A stretch of DNA of 62,895 nt, the filler included, from Ministeria vibrans ATCC 50519 (Eukaryota; Protista; Filasterea): the NCBI GenBank assembly GCA_943704425.1. It is 6 parts of 6 records of this genome, joined end to end, with 100 filler letters (N's around TTAATTAATTAA, not from the genome) between each part and the next. Parts side by side here need not be neighbours in the genome. Positions count along the whole stretch, not along the records: positions 1 to 28,378 come from CALSCP010002215.1; 5 more parts are not named here. One strand, written 5' to 3'. Below, one piece after another: positions 9,968-22,032 of this stretch. Position numbers and translations under genes: made by a program. How positions within the stretch are numbered: position 1 is the stretch's first letter; each line of letters begins with the position of its first letter. Below the pieces are notes generated by a model. It was not told the origin of the DNA, ran no database searches, and saw only the letters and a program-made list of their open reading frames with translations.

Positions 9968-12111
9968 ATGTCCTCGTCTACCTTCCTCTACACAGGTACG
10001 AGCCTTTTGTTTTGATGTAGTGAGTGAAATTTGTATGGCATGACTGCTTAAAACGGGCCGTTTCCGTTTCGTTTCCCACAGGCTGCTTCCACCAAGTCGC
10101 CGTCCTCGTGGCTCGTTCGACGTACCAAAACGATAACAAACTCGTCGGTCTTGCTGACCTCCCTGACGTGAAGACATCCATCGTCCGCCTCGCAAACAAG
10201 CTTTGTGAAGCCGGTCAGCTCGTCGTTGTCACTGCAGACTTCCCCCTTGATGACACGTACCCTGACGCTGACCTCCTTAAGAAGTCTCTCCAACAGAAGA
10301 GCCTATTTTGGCGGGACAGCAACCTCACACGTGACGACATTCAGAACGCCATTGACTCTGCCCGTAACCTTGACGCACAAGGCGGCTCTACTCGACATTC
10401 TCCCATCGAGACCGACCAACTCCTCGTCTACATGATGGGCCATGGCGGTAGCGGTAAACTCGTCTTTGGCGATGCCCATTGGCAGAGCGAACTGTTGCAC
10501 AGCGATCTCTTCGGTCTGGACGAGGTCGAGGCGATGCTTTTACCAGGCCACGACGGCGACGGCTGGCACCGAGTTCTTGTTGCCCTTGACTGTTGCCACT
10601 CAGGTGATGCCATCACTCCTGGCACACCCCCCAGTCCCTCCAGAAGCGGCTCCGTCATCGACCTTCCCACTTCTCTCTCTTACGCGAAGTGCTTCCAACT
10701 CCTCACGTCTACAGTTAGACGGGATGCCGCGTGGATCTTCGACGATCGCGCCCTCCTGCAAATCGCCGTGTGTGACGTCATTCTCAACCCCTCCATGTAC
10801 ATCAGCGACTGGGCGACCTGTGGGAGCTTTGAGACGCTCGCGAGCGTCGCTATGTCGAAGCGTGTGAGCCAAAGTCCTCTCGACTCTGGCGTGGTCAACG
10901 TCGGTTGCAAAGTCTCGCGTCTGCCCTGGTGCCCTCTCGACAACTCTGGAGAGTTCATCTTCTTCAACCCTCAAATTCCGTATTTTGAGATGGACGACGG
11001 CAACCGTTTCGCCGTCGTGGTCGGCCGCGGCTCTGGCTCTGCGGGGCTTATTGTCCATCATCTCGGTCTGTCGCCGCTCCTCAACGAGGCTCCCGCACTC
11101 CATGCATGGAAGCATAGAGTCAACGACCGAATCAAGGTGCCCTGCTCTCTGCATATCACGAAAGCATCTCCATCCCGTCAGCTCGTTGTACTTGTCGTTG
11201 AGGCACCCACAGCAAGCGTTGACTATGAGCAAGTGGTGGTCAACATTACCAAGGAGTACTGGCCCAGTTTACTTCTGACGTTCGCACGAATTTCATACTG
11301 CGATGGTGCCGCTGGCAGTGTATTCATACCCTCTGGCTTCGGCGATGATCCGCTCACAAATCAGCGCATGCCCCCATACGTGCGTGATGAGGACCTTGTA
11401 CTGGCCGCACGGAATTGGGATTTGTACCGAGAATTACCCCCCGTCTCCAAGACGCATCTGGAAAAGCTCCAGGTTCGCTTCGCTCCAGTTACCATTCAAC
11501 ACCCTGGTTCATCTGCAACTGAGCGAACCGCATGGCGCATGTTCCAACCTCTCTTGCATTCCGAGCACCCAACCGTGGCGGACATGGACTGCGAATGGTG
11601 TTGCACCACCCCTTTGTGTGTGTTTGTCCCGGACACTCCCGCCGCTGGCAACATCTCAGAGGACACGACTTCCGTCTGGCCCGAATCCGGTATCAAACTT
11701 GTTGCTACCTGTGGCTCACGTGCCCTCGCCCACTTCTTCAGCGGCTCGTTTGCGAGCACGATTCCAACCAAGGCTGTCTGCTTCAGCCTTCACCTCAACA
11801 CGGATCACGTTAATCTCTCTCGGGTCATGGTCGCGCTCAAACAGCTCCATTGGAAAGCATTCCGTGGCATCAGTCCGCACAGATTGCGCTGCATCGGCGC
11901 TCGCAGGGGTTCCGTGATCTTTGACTTTATTGGCTCTTTGGCTTTTCCGTGGCTTTTACGGACACATCTCGCGAGGTCTGGTGGCAATCTGGACGGACTG
12001 GGTATTGTTGACCTTGCGATCGTCGATAGCCCTGAAAAACTTGGTTCGAGAAACATTTGTAAGTTAGTATTCATAGTTTCTTGTCTTACATTCGTCATGC
12101 GACCTGCTTAA
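9968..12111 (+). CDS. Caspase/metacaspase-like (clan CD, C14) protease with a C-terminal extension resembling a degenerate PNP/MTA-nucleosidase fold
   Basis: VAVLV..STY...LADL first strand; catalytic YMMGHGG and ALDCCHSG. Inferred first exon 9968-9995, intron 9996-10081 (phase fits). Possible further intron at ~12059 with last exon 12212-12267. C-terminal LVVLV...YWPSLLL..GSVFIP...VADMDCE pattern. Confidence 0.7.
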
Positions 12112-12568
12112 TCCGTGCGCCGAACCGCTTTCTTTCGCTTCCAAACTTTATGAGCCTCTCTCTTTCTCGTTTCCTTTCATTCGTGTTGATGGGATGGCGT
12201 CAACGGCACAGATAAAAATATTGCCCTTCCTTTTCAATACCCAATCGCGCCTAAATTGAAAACGTAATCGAGACACTCACACTCAGTCCCTGTTGGGTGC
12301 TTCTTGGATTTTAGCATTTGGCGACCAGATCGCCTGGTCTCCTGTACCGCAGTGCGGTGGCGGAACTGCGCTTCAGAGTGAAACATGGGTCGAGAAGTCT
12401 GCCGGTAAGATTAACAACAAGTACAAGTTCTGACCATTAATTCATTTAGACACTCTATTTCTTGGTGATTCAGAGATTGACCTGACTGTTGGAGTTGAGA
12501 GCAAGGCAAATGAGCACCAGAAAGTATTCGACACTCATGTTGGCATCTCAAGCCAGAGCGAAGTACGG

Positions 12569-14115
12569 GTGACAGAATCTGTTCGTAAGAAACCCAGCCG
12601 CACCACCCTCACCAAACTCTCTTCTGATCACATCTATTCTATTCACACGATAGCAACTCGGAGTTTTGTCGACTCATCGATTGCTGCGACGCTTGGAGTT
12701 GCACCTGCATTGGCTGCCTCAGTATCGACTGATGATGCTGATGCGGATACGCCGGCAGCGATTGCCTCAGTGCACACTGATAATGATTTTACGGCCATGG
12801 ATACGGGGCCCGAAGCGGCTCTGCGGTGGAACGCGATGGCGTTCGACGATGTTTTTACGGCCATGGATACGGCGCCCGAAGAGGCACTGCGGTCGAACGT
12901 GGTGGCGCGTGACGATGTTTTTACGGCCATGGATACGGCGCCCGAAGAGGCACTGCGGTCGGACGTGGTGGCGCGCGACGAAGTCCCTGTGAGTTACCTT
13001 AATGAGGACGCTATCTCTCAGATGCTCATTGATGAGCGACTCTTCATGGTACGATCTACTAGTTTCCTCTTATGCGGCGGGTTACCATGTCTTGCCCCGA
13101 GGACGCTTCGAGAAAAACAACGCTTTACCATGTTTCGTGTCTCATTCCCTATTGGCTGTATCTTAGGCGGATTCTCAGTACCTGACCACTGTTCAGGGTA
13201 ACAAACTCCGTCCGTGGATGCGACAGGAACTTTGTGAATGGATGTTGGAGGTAAGACCGTTTTTTTCCTTTTACCCTTTTTTGTTGGTTTTTGTGCTGTC
13301 TTTCTTTAATATCCCATCTCCTTTTTCTGAAGACTGTTGATCTGTACCGGGTGAGTACGGATGTTTATGGGTTGGCAGTGAACCTGCTGGATCAATGTTT
13401 GTCACGATTTCCTTTGGAAATGAGCCATGTCCAACTGTTGGGCGCAACGTGTCTTCAAATTGCGTGCAAGCTCAAGGAGTCTACTGCTCTCAGCGTAAGC
13501 CATACGTGTGCATATGTCACCGTTTTGCTTACTCTTTTTGTTTGGTAGACGGCCGAATTGATTTCGTTCTCAGACAATGCGTTTACGTTTGAGCAAATGC
13601 GCAGCATGGAACACTCTGTGCTTGAGCGTCTGGACTGGCGACTGTCGGCCGTGACGCCGCACGACTGGCTGGAAGTGATGTTGTACCGCAGTCAGTTTTT
13701 CCCCGAGGTGTCGCATGCGCTGCGTCATAAGGCGCGTCACTTTATCGACATGGCACTCACGCGCTATGTGTCGTTGGGGTTCCGTCCGTCGCTCATTGCC
13801 GGTGCGGCGCTGCTCAATGCGGCCGACTATGCGGCGCCTACATTGCCTCTCGCGCTCGTTGGTCGTCTTCCCGCCATCATTGTGCAGCTGCTGCGTCGCC
13901 ATAGCGACCGCCGACTGTTCGAATGCACACGCATGCTCAGACGCATCATTGTCGCCCTCACGCAGCCACAACAGTCAGAGAGAGAAGAGGAAGACAACGA
14001 CAACACTGACAGCCACGCAACACACACTGACAACACCAACAGCAACAGTGAGCAGCCATCCGCCATCATAAATCATCCTTCACCGACGCACCCAAACCAA
14101 TACGTGCGCCCATAA
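12569..14115 (+). CDS. Cyclin D-like G1 cyclin, spliced, 5' end uncertain
   Basis: Spliced cyclin box PWMRQELCEWMLE...AVNLLDQCLS...QLLGATCLQIACKLKE...SDNAFT...ME..VLERLDWRLSAVTPHDWL; introns 13049-13166, 13251-13332, 13495-13548. Confidence 0.85.
12779..12976 (+). repeat. Coding tandem repeat, 3 x 66 bp (22 aa DDVFTAMDTAPEEALRSNVVAR)
   Basis: Direct inspection; copies 2 and 3 nearly identical. Confidence 0.9.
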
Positions 14116-14472
14116 ACAATAAACATACCGCGATTTAAGCGTGTTAATTGTTGAATAAAGACTCACGCAATACTTTTCTCCGATTCCTCGTTTTATTGAC
14201 TTGATCACAGCGCCGCAAAGCAAGGGATAACATCCAGGCTAAAAAAGACAAACAAGGACAACCGGTCCATTCTAGAAGAAGTAATGTGGTCGGGCGGGAA
14301 CATTCTGGTCGTGTGCGACTTCTGCAACTGTGGCGCACTGATTGAGGTGGACGAGCTGACGATGGGCGCGAGCAGTGAGCTTGTACAAGTTGACTGGACG
14401 AAGTTAATTGAAACAATGAGAAGCCCAGATTCGTGCTCAGATTCGCATTTTTTTCCCTGAAAAGTGAAAACT

Positions 14473-14613
14473 ACGAAAAAAAAAACACCAACTTCGTTGC
14501 CAAACCCCATTTTCAAGATTTTGTAGGCTAAAAAACACCTTTCGCCAGAAGGCATTTTCAGCACCGTCTGAACAACTTTCGTTTGTGGTACGTTAGACGT
14601 CAGGCCAAACCGG
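14473..14613 (+). repeat. Dispersed repeat A, copy 1 (direct copy at 20496-20634)
   Basis: Shared cccattttcaa.attttgtaggctaaaaaaca...aaggcatttt...ctgaacaac...tgtggtacgttag...tcaggcc. Confidence 0.85.
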
Positions 14614-14640
14614 ACAGCCTTCTACTGACCTACGGAGTAC

Positions 14641-14854
14641 TCACTGCTTTTCTAAGTTCTCTGTGTGACCTCTTTAGAGAAATCACAAAGCCTAATCGTA
14701 CGTTCATAGGGTATAGGGTGTACAGTTGAGTGTGCGTGGTGCCTGCTTTGTTGATGTTATCAACACGAAACACTGCTAACCCCTGCAAATGGGGTCGTTT
14801 CTGTGGGCACAGCGTTGGAGTGTATGTGTTTAGTGTGTTTGTGAAGGATGTATG
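14641..14854 (+). repeat. Dispersed repeat B, copy 1 (diverged inverted copy at 22885-23096)
   Basis: tcactgcttttct vs agaaaagcagtga; gtgtatgtgtttagtgtgtt vs aacacactaaacatatacac; colinear in between. Confidence 0.7.
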
Positions 14855-15245
14855 ATGGTGGAGGGCGGTGATTTCATGTGAGAGCCACTCTCACTTAATT
14901 TTTTTTTCTTTGAGAGCCTCCCTGCTCACTAGCGCTTGCAAAACATAGAATGTATTATGGGTGCAGGGATTGAGTGTTGGATATCTGGTGTGGTTTTGTA
15001 GGCTGCGTGTTGGCTAAGAGTGGAAAATTTCTTGTGGGAGCCGTTCTCTTTTTTTTTCGTGAACCGCAACATTTGCCGTGCTTTGCTAGCGCCATCAATT
15101 CGGGGTGTATCTTATGCAATTTAGCGATTACAGTAAGCACCAGCGATGTGTGGGGTTAACGTTGTATGTCAGAGAGAGAGTTTGATGCAGCTTCTGTGGT
15201 CGCTGACACACTTCTTGCTTAGAAATCCTTTCTATCGTTTAAATT

Positions 15246-16744
15246 ATGGCTGCCCAGGTGGTAACAACCGAGGTTGTGTACCGCACCGTACGACCTTCGG
15301 AGCGTATCATGCATCGCGAGGGCGACAGCCTCCAATGCCCGATCGTTTGCGATGTTCATGGTGCTTTTCGTACAAAAGGAAATGAAGCCACGTACAACCC
15401 GCGCAACCCCGACGATGCGGCGTCCGTGGCTACGTTTCAACGTCACGGAACCTCCGGCATGTCTCTCTCAGACCGCGCGAACATTGGTCGTCCGCAGCGT
15501 ACCAGACGCAGTCTGGACTTGCCTCTTGTTGCAAAGAATGACATTTCCGAGCTCCTGAACGACAGTCCCGACAGTAATTCCAGACCTGCTGTGCTTTTCT
15601 ACGATGCCAGCGGTGCTAGCTCTGCCGAACACTATGCCTCATTTCCCGAACCGTTGAAGAGTGTCCTTCGCGATCATGGCAACAAGCTGAAGGAAGATGA
15701 CGAGCCCAAGAAGAGCCTGGAGCCGTGCTACGTATACCGACTGCCCAGCGGCACCAGCCTCCCTGCAGGCTACGAACTTGCTCTCAATGACGGCGGAGGC
15801 AACGATGGACACCACACCCTGCAACCCCCGTGGCCCCCAAGTCGACCGGTCCACTCCACCGCAACGGGACTTGCAACGAGTTCCACATCGTCGTCGATCC
15901 TGATGTCGGCGCTCTCGACTGGGAGTACGCTGGTATGCTGTTTAGAGCGAGTGCCCTGCAACCTAAACCAGACGAGAGCGCCGACGACGACACGTACGAG
16001 TTTGCTTTGCTCCTGTTCGATTACGCTGCCAGTCTGGACGCGGACGACGCGTACGACGCCATCACCATGGCCGAGCAACTGAGCTACGCCGGCTACCCGA
16101 GTCCGGATCACCTGTGGCAGGCTCACTTCCAGCTGGGCTTGTCGCTGTGCGAGAAACTCTTCGATGTGGCGGAAGACTACAACTACGATGCGATTGACCG
16201 GATGCGAGAGAAGGTAAAAGTGTATATGCGTATGCACTGCACTTCACTGCCTCATGCATTCTCTTTCCGTCCACCCTAGACCGAAATTGCCTTGTCGTCC
16301 AACCATATGACATACGTGGCTTTTGGTGATGATGTTTCGGATGCCGATGTTGAGGCACTCGGACAGCAATTGGAGCACGAATTGAATATCCTCCAACCGG
16401 TTCCGGTTGCGCACTCGGTCAATTTCCTTGTGCCTGGCACATACACTGGCCCAATACCGATCACTCTCGGCGATCGCGTCGCCTCAGGAACAGCGCGGGG
16501 TGTCGTTGATTACGACTTTGAGGTTGCCGAGAACGGGACGGACGCTGAGGTGAGCCTGTTGCTCGAGGGTGCCTCATCCAAAATCGTCGGGCGATGCAAA
16601 GTTGCTGACATCGAAACGACCATCCTTCCCTGCGGCATGAGTCGCACTTGCGAGGGTGTCCGAAAGGACAAAAAGCCATGCAACAACAAGTCCCTGCGCC
16701 TGTGTGGAGGTAAAGTCCTCTGCTGGCGCCACAAAGATCAATGA
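15246..16744 (+). CDS. Tse2-like ADP-ribosyltransferase domain + acidic helical domain + C-terminal CCCH-type zinc motif; one frameshift in a C-run
   Basis: N-terminal YR; GMSL; YVYRLPSGTSLPAGYEL...GHHTLQP. Adding one C at 15825-15829 fuses ORF 15246 to ORF 15830. Intron 16214-16279 joins in frame to the exon ending CEGVRKDKKPC...LCWRH. Confidence 0.6.
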
Positions 16745-17169
16745 AGAAGCAAAGAGGGACATTTTAACTTCGTCAGTGGCAGGAAAGAGGAAAAAAATCG
16801 AAAAATTACCACAGTGTCCAAAAACAAAACTCCTATGTTAGATGTCGATAAAATTCATGTTCATACCGTTCATAATGACTTCACTACACTTATTTCTCAG
16901 CAAATGGTCGCAAAAAAAGAACCAAGGGGGGCGAGGGGCACCACTGAAATTTCGTGCACGATGTGCACGAAATCGACACCGTCGTGTGACGCCTCATCGG
17001 CGATGATACGAAGCCATTTCTGTTTCTAAATTATGTAACTACCTGTAAATGTACCAACGAATAGGTCTTACGTCAAGAAATATAGATGGCCCAAGTCGCT
17101 TGGTTCGACCTTCGAGTTTTTTTTCTCGTCAACGACGAGACCGACGACCACAGGAAAAAACAGACATGA

Positions 17170-17345
17170 AATCACTCTCACCTGCCTCGTCCGAGCTCCC
17201 AACATGACACACAATACCGACGTGGGAGAGGGCAGGGAAAAGGAATGACTCGCCAGGAAGGAGATAGACACGTTGTCTGACGTTGAATAGGCTCTTGTAT
17301 TTCACATTATGACGGAATTTCACATTATGACGGGAAGCTCCGTAC
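17170..17345 (-). repeat. Dispersed repeat C, copy 1 (inverted copy at 27521-27686); probable transposon terminus
   Basis: Both copies share aatcactctcacctgcct...ctcccaacatgacac...aaaaggaatgact... and twin atttcacatt.tgac motifs, ending gctccgtac. Confidence 0.8.
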
Positions 17346-17631
17346 GGACACAGTTTGAATTGTACAAGGACCACGAGCTGGGGTTCGTGCTTCGACATTT
17401 CGTCCTACCGTCAAAAGGCGTGCATCGACTTCCGACCGTTGTTTTGTGGCACAATTACATGCCGCGTAATCCAGCGTCGTTGAACAGCAATGTGAGCCAA
17501 AGGTGTTTGTAAGCCCAAAGCCAAGGCCGCACCGAAACCAAAAGCACGCCCTGCACCCAAGCCCAAAACCAAGGCCGCACCGACTTCAAAACGAAAGTAG
17601 TCAGGCACATTCAATCAATACACACTTTATT

Positions 17632-18511
17632 TCATACTTCTCCAAAATGGATGCATTCATTACCGAGTTCCTCAATGAAACGGATTACGTGAGCGGACAG
17701 AGCGGTACTTCTGAAAATACGTACAGCTTCAATGCTCGCGCATTCGACCATTCGACGTGTGAGTGTCAGGTTGGTATTCTCAGAACACGCTGGTCGAATG
17801 TATTGGGAGTTTGATTTTGACTTTAACATATACGCGATCAAGCCAGTGCCGTATACAAAATAATGCTGAGTGTCGAACACGCATGGAACGAAGGAGATAC
17901 TGTGTTGAGTACAGAGGAGTAGGGTTGATCGCTGTAGACAGGGCCCGGTTATCGAACACAGGGAAAGGGTGCTAAAGGGTGCTTGTTGTAGTTCGTAGTG
18001 GGGCGACGAGTCATCAAGATAGTCAGCTTCCACCCCCCTTATTCTCTGTCCGAGGAAGCGTGGCAAGATTGCCAAAGAGCAAGTGTGGCAAGCTGCGACG
18101 ATCGCGGTCCTTGTTCAGCTCGGCGAACAAGTTGTCAGTGGTGATGGTGGCGCCGGCTTGACCGACGGTGTAAAGATAGAGGAAGCCGGCGACAACATCG
18201 CCACCGGTGCGCAGCGCTTTTTTGGTCGATTTAATGGAGTTCGGCATTGACGGTGGCGCCTCCTCCGTCAGAACACGAGCGTACGCACCAATCAGACAGA
18301 GAACAAAGCTGGCACGGACGTCAGGGTCCTTGCCGATCGGGGCCGGGTTGAACGTGAGCTTGTGCGCAAACTGAAACGGAACGAGGCGCTCGAAAAATGC
18401 AGAGCGACAGCCGGGGTTGGCGCGAAGAGGCTTCAAGCAAGCGTTCACAGCAGATGTTGCGCGCGGACGCCAGGATTGAGGCGGCGATAAATGACCCACT
18501 CGATGTCCCAA
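17632..18511 (-). pseudogene. Frameshifted gene of unknown function
   Basis: Overlapping ORFs 18023-18511 and 17632-18075 with protein-like composition; no recognisable motif. Confidence 0.3.
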
Positions 18512-18808
18512 TCACGTACACTGCAGTAGAGAGAGGCGAGTAGAGAGAGAGGAAAAGCACCTGCGAGGTGCAAGATCTTGTAGATCTCTCACTGACCACC
18601 ACGGAGGAGGTAGAGGGTGAGAGTGATGGGTGCCTTGAGTGCCTTGAGTCTTCTTGGTCAGCAGGGTTGCTATCGATACGCAGCGCTGAAATCTAGATTG
18701 AGAGTCTTATGTTGGCTTGTATCAATGAAAGGTTACCTGAAAGTTTAATTAAAAAGGTGTCTTCGTCACTTCGTGAAGTTGAAAATAACAATTTCTTCTT
18801 CAATTCTC

Positions 18809-19649
18809 CTAACATGTGTCTTCAATGACATCGATTGTCTGCAGGTTAGTGGCAAGTCCCTTTAGGCGGTTCAGGAGAGACAGGCAGATGTGCGCAAGCG
18901 GTTGGTTAAGATTAAGAGATGACTCGATATGCGTCACGCTCGCAAGGCCGTTGATATCAGTCAACACGGCGTTACTGTGTATGGAAATATGACCGCCGAT
19001 GGTCGTGAGGTTGGCAAGGCCATTGAGATCAGTCAACACGTTGTTTGAGGTGACAAGAAGCGGTCCGCCGATGGACGTGACGCTCGAAAGTCCATCAAGA
19101 CTGACGAGTTTGCTGTTGGAACTGAACTGAATCGACCCACCAAAGAAAGTGATTCCGGACAATGCAGCCGTATTGGTAATATAAGTCTCGCGAATGGTGA
19201 GAGACCCTCCAATAAAAGTGACGCCCGCTAAACCATCAAGGTTTGTGATGTTACCGCCTGCGGAAATGGTGACAACGGTCAAAACTTTGATATTTTGAAT
19301 GCCCTTCATAGCATCCACCACTTCTTGACGGCTGGCTGCAAGGCTATTGATCAGGTGACTGCCACTCGCAGCAAAACATTCGCATTTCTCAACGATTTTT
19401 TCGTCCACCGTGTTTTCCGTTGCCAGTTTCGCCCCGTCGGCGTAAACGTCGCCGTGAACCATGAGGGAGCCGTTCACAGACGGTGTCATCACGATGTCGC
19501 CGCCCACATTCATTCTAGGGCGCGGAGATGAGCAAAATAAACACAGCATATTCTTGTCACACTCACATTTCCGTATTCTGGGCGTTCGAACCGATACAGA
19601 GGATGGTCATGAAGACAACGTGGACAAAGGGGCGAGAGAAAACCTTCAT
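18809..19649 (-). CDS. Secreted receptor-L-domain/LRR-like beta-solenoid protein, paralog 1
   Basis: Signal-peptide exon 19649-19567, intron 19566-19515; repeats IGGxLxIxxNxxLxxLxGLxxLTx. Confidence 0.8.
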
Positions 19650-20495
19650 CTCGTATTTGAATGAAAAATCTGAAGTGATTCTGAACTCTGAAGGAAGAAG
19701 TGGTGAAAAAGTGAAGACGCGCGACGGCGAGCCCGTGGTGGAGGCCGGCCCGGCGCCCGGCGGCGCGGGACACCCGCTGTGTGCGGCGCTGCCTCAGAAA
19801 CTATTTTCTTCCCCACACTGTTCGGTCGATGGCGGTGTCTTTACCATCTCCCGTTCTTGCCGGCGACGTATTGGACATCCGCATAACAGCCCAACAAAGT
19901 CCTGGACCCTCTACCGGTAACAACTCGGTCCTACGTCTATCCACGAGCTCAGTTCCCCAGTTATTCGACGATCCCTCCATGGCTGTATTTCATATGTCGG
20001 CCGGCTCTGTCGTCATCTCGGTGAATTGGCCTGCACGCTCTGAGCGAGGGAATGCATGCTGCGGTGCGGGCTCGCACACTCCCACTGGAGTATGTGTGCT
20101 CAGAGGATCTGGTGGGCCGGTGGTCGCGCATGTCTCATCCCAATCCAGCCGCCACTGTGTCTGCAGTGTGGCGTATGTTCTCGTTTCTCAAACACTCTCA
20201 TCCCGACCACTCTGCACAGTCCTCGACGTCGGCTACGGCATCGTGTCCCACATTGTGACATCATCCCTGTGTGTACTCCAAAGAACAGCACAATATTGTG
20301 ATCCAAATCAAACCATGAATTTTCAATCAGTCAATGTATGGACTTTGGTATGACAGTTCTTTACAGGGCCAGTGCCCAGTAGTGACTACCTAGTGACTAG
20401 TGACTATTGACTCAGTAGTGAGGCCAGTATTGCGTCTAGCGCGTTGAGCGGGGCTGGGATCAATAAAAATAAAATAAAACGGGCTGTCGGCGAAA

Positions 20496-20634
20496 ACGAA
20501 AAAACAACACATCTTCGTCCCCAACGCCCATTTTCAACATTTTGTAGGCTAAAAAACAACATTCACCTAAAGGCATTTTTATCACATTCTGAACAACCTT
20601 TCTCTGTGGTACGTTAGGGTTCAGGCCGAAACGG
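20496..20634 (+). repeat. Dispersed repeat A, copy 2
   Basis: Colinear with 14473-14613. Confidence 0.85.
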
Positions 20635-21169
20635 GTGGGTAGGATAGAATGGCCAAAATTGTATCGCTTTGAGGGATTTTCTGTTTTGTTTTTTGGGATT
20701 CACAATTGGATTCGTTTTTACTTCAACTTAAGTTTAAATTTCTTTCTCCCCATTTACGAATCGTACACGGGGTCCGTCATTTCATGGAGTGGCACAGACA
20801 CATGTGCTCCCTGGCGCTTCCGACGATAGTACAGGACTGCACTCACGATGCCTGCCATCCAGTCCGTTACGACTCACCCAATGTTGTGCCTCGACGAGCG
20901 TCTGCGCCTGCAGCCCATCACGCCTGAGCACAAGCAGCGCATCGACGACATGATTGGACGAAACGACGACAAGGGCACGACGCGTCCATGTCGCTCAAGG
21001 AGCTCATCTACCTGTGCGTCGCTGGCTGGCAGATGCTCTACGGCCCCGCCGGCGTCAAGTCCGGGCGCATGGCGGAGCTGATGGAGCTGGTTGATATTTC
21101 CCGATGAACGAAGAACTTCTTCTACACAATCTTCTTGCTTTCAAAGTAGCCATTTCTTTCATTATGGCG

Positions 21170-22032
21170 TTAGCAGGGGTCTTCACGCACGTCCAAAACG
21201 CCCGGCGATGATACAAATGATTTCAGACGGGTCATTACGCTTGAGCAGATGAAGGCATTAGGATTTCGGTCAATATCCAATAGTGTTCCCCCTGTTATGT
21301 TTTGAATTCCTGAGAGTCCGTTGAGGTCTCCAAGTAGCGGATTGCTGACAATTGATACACCACCGACAGTCGTTAGATTACGAAACCCATTCAAGTCTTG
21401 GAGATTGGCGTTCGACTTCACAACCAGCGTTCCCTCAATTTTTCGGAGACTTGGAAACGACCCATTCAGCGTCAGGAGAGAGTCAACACTGTTAAACTCT
21501 AGTGCGTTTCCCACAGCAGAAAGTCCAGAAAACAAATCCAGAGCATAGAGAAAATTAACTCTTACTGACGTATCGAAGACCTGAAGGGTTCTGCCAACAG
21601 ATGTAATCTTGGTGAACAGTGGAGAATCGATTTGAGTGTTGAGATTGAGACTACCGATGGTTTCAACGGTTGAAAATCGAGAAAAAATTTCTAAGGACGT
21701 TTGAGAGTCGATATGCAAATCTGCAAACACAGCACTGACAGCAGTGCCACCAGAAGGGGCAGAACAGTCACAGTTTTGCGTGATTTTTTCGTCAACGACA
21801 TTTTCCGTGGCCAGTTTTTGCCCACGAACATAGACATCGCCACCAGTCATCACAGAACCATTCGCAGTAGGGGTCATGACGATGTCACCGTCCACATTCA
21901 TACTACAGTAGACCAAGGCGTGAGAAAATCATGCGTGGCGTTTTTTGCTTACATTTCAGCGTTATTGGCATTGGCATGGCCACAGAGAAGGCTCACAAGG
22001 ACCAGAACGAGGAGCACAGCAGTAGCGTTCAT
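21170..22032 (-). CDS. Secreted receptor-L-domain protein, paralog 2
   Basis: Signal exon 22032-21953, intron 21952-21903 at the same position and phase as paralog 1; shared MNV.GDIVMTP..NGS.M..GDVY..G.KLATEN.VDEKI and terminal EDxC. Confidence 0.8.

Noticed and set aside
19781-20353. 190-aa ORF between the L-domain genes
   Set aside because: No recognisable domain or supporting structure
20848-21081. Short GC-rich coding-like fragment
   Set aside because: Too short and broken to assign
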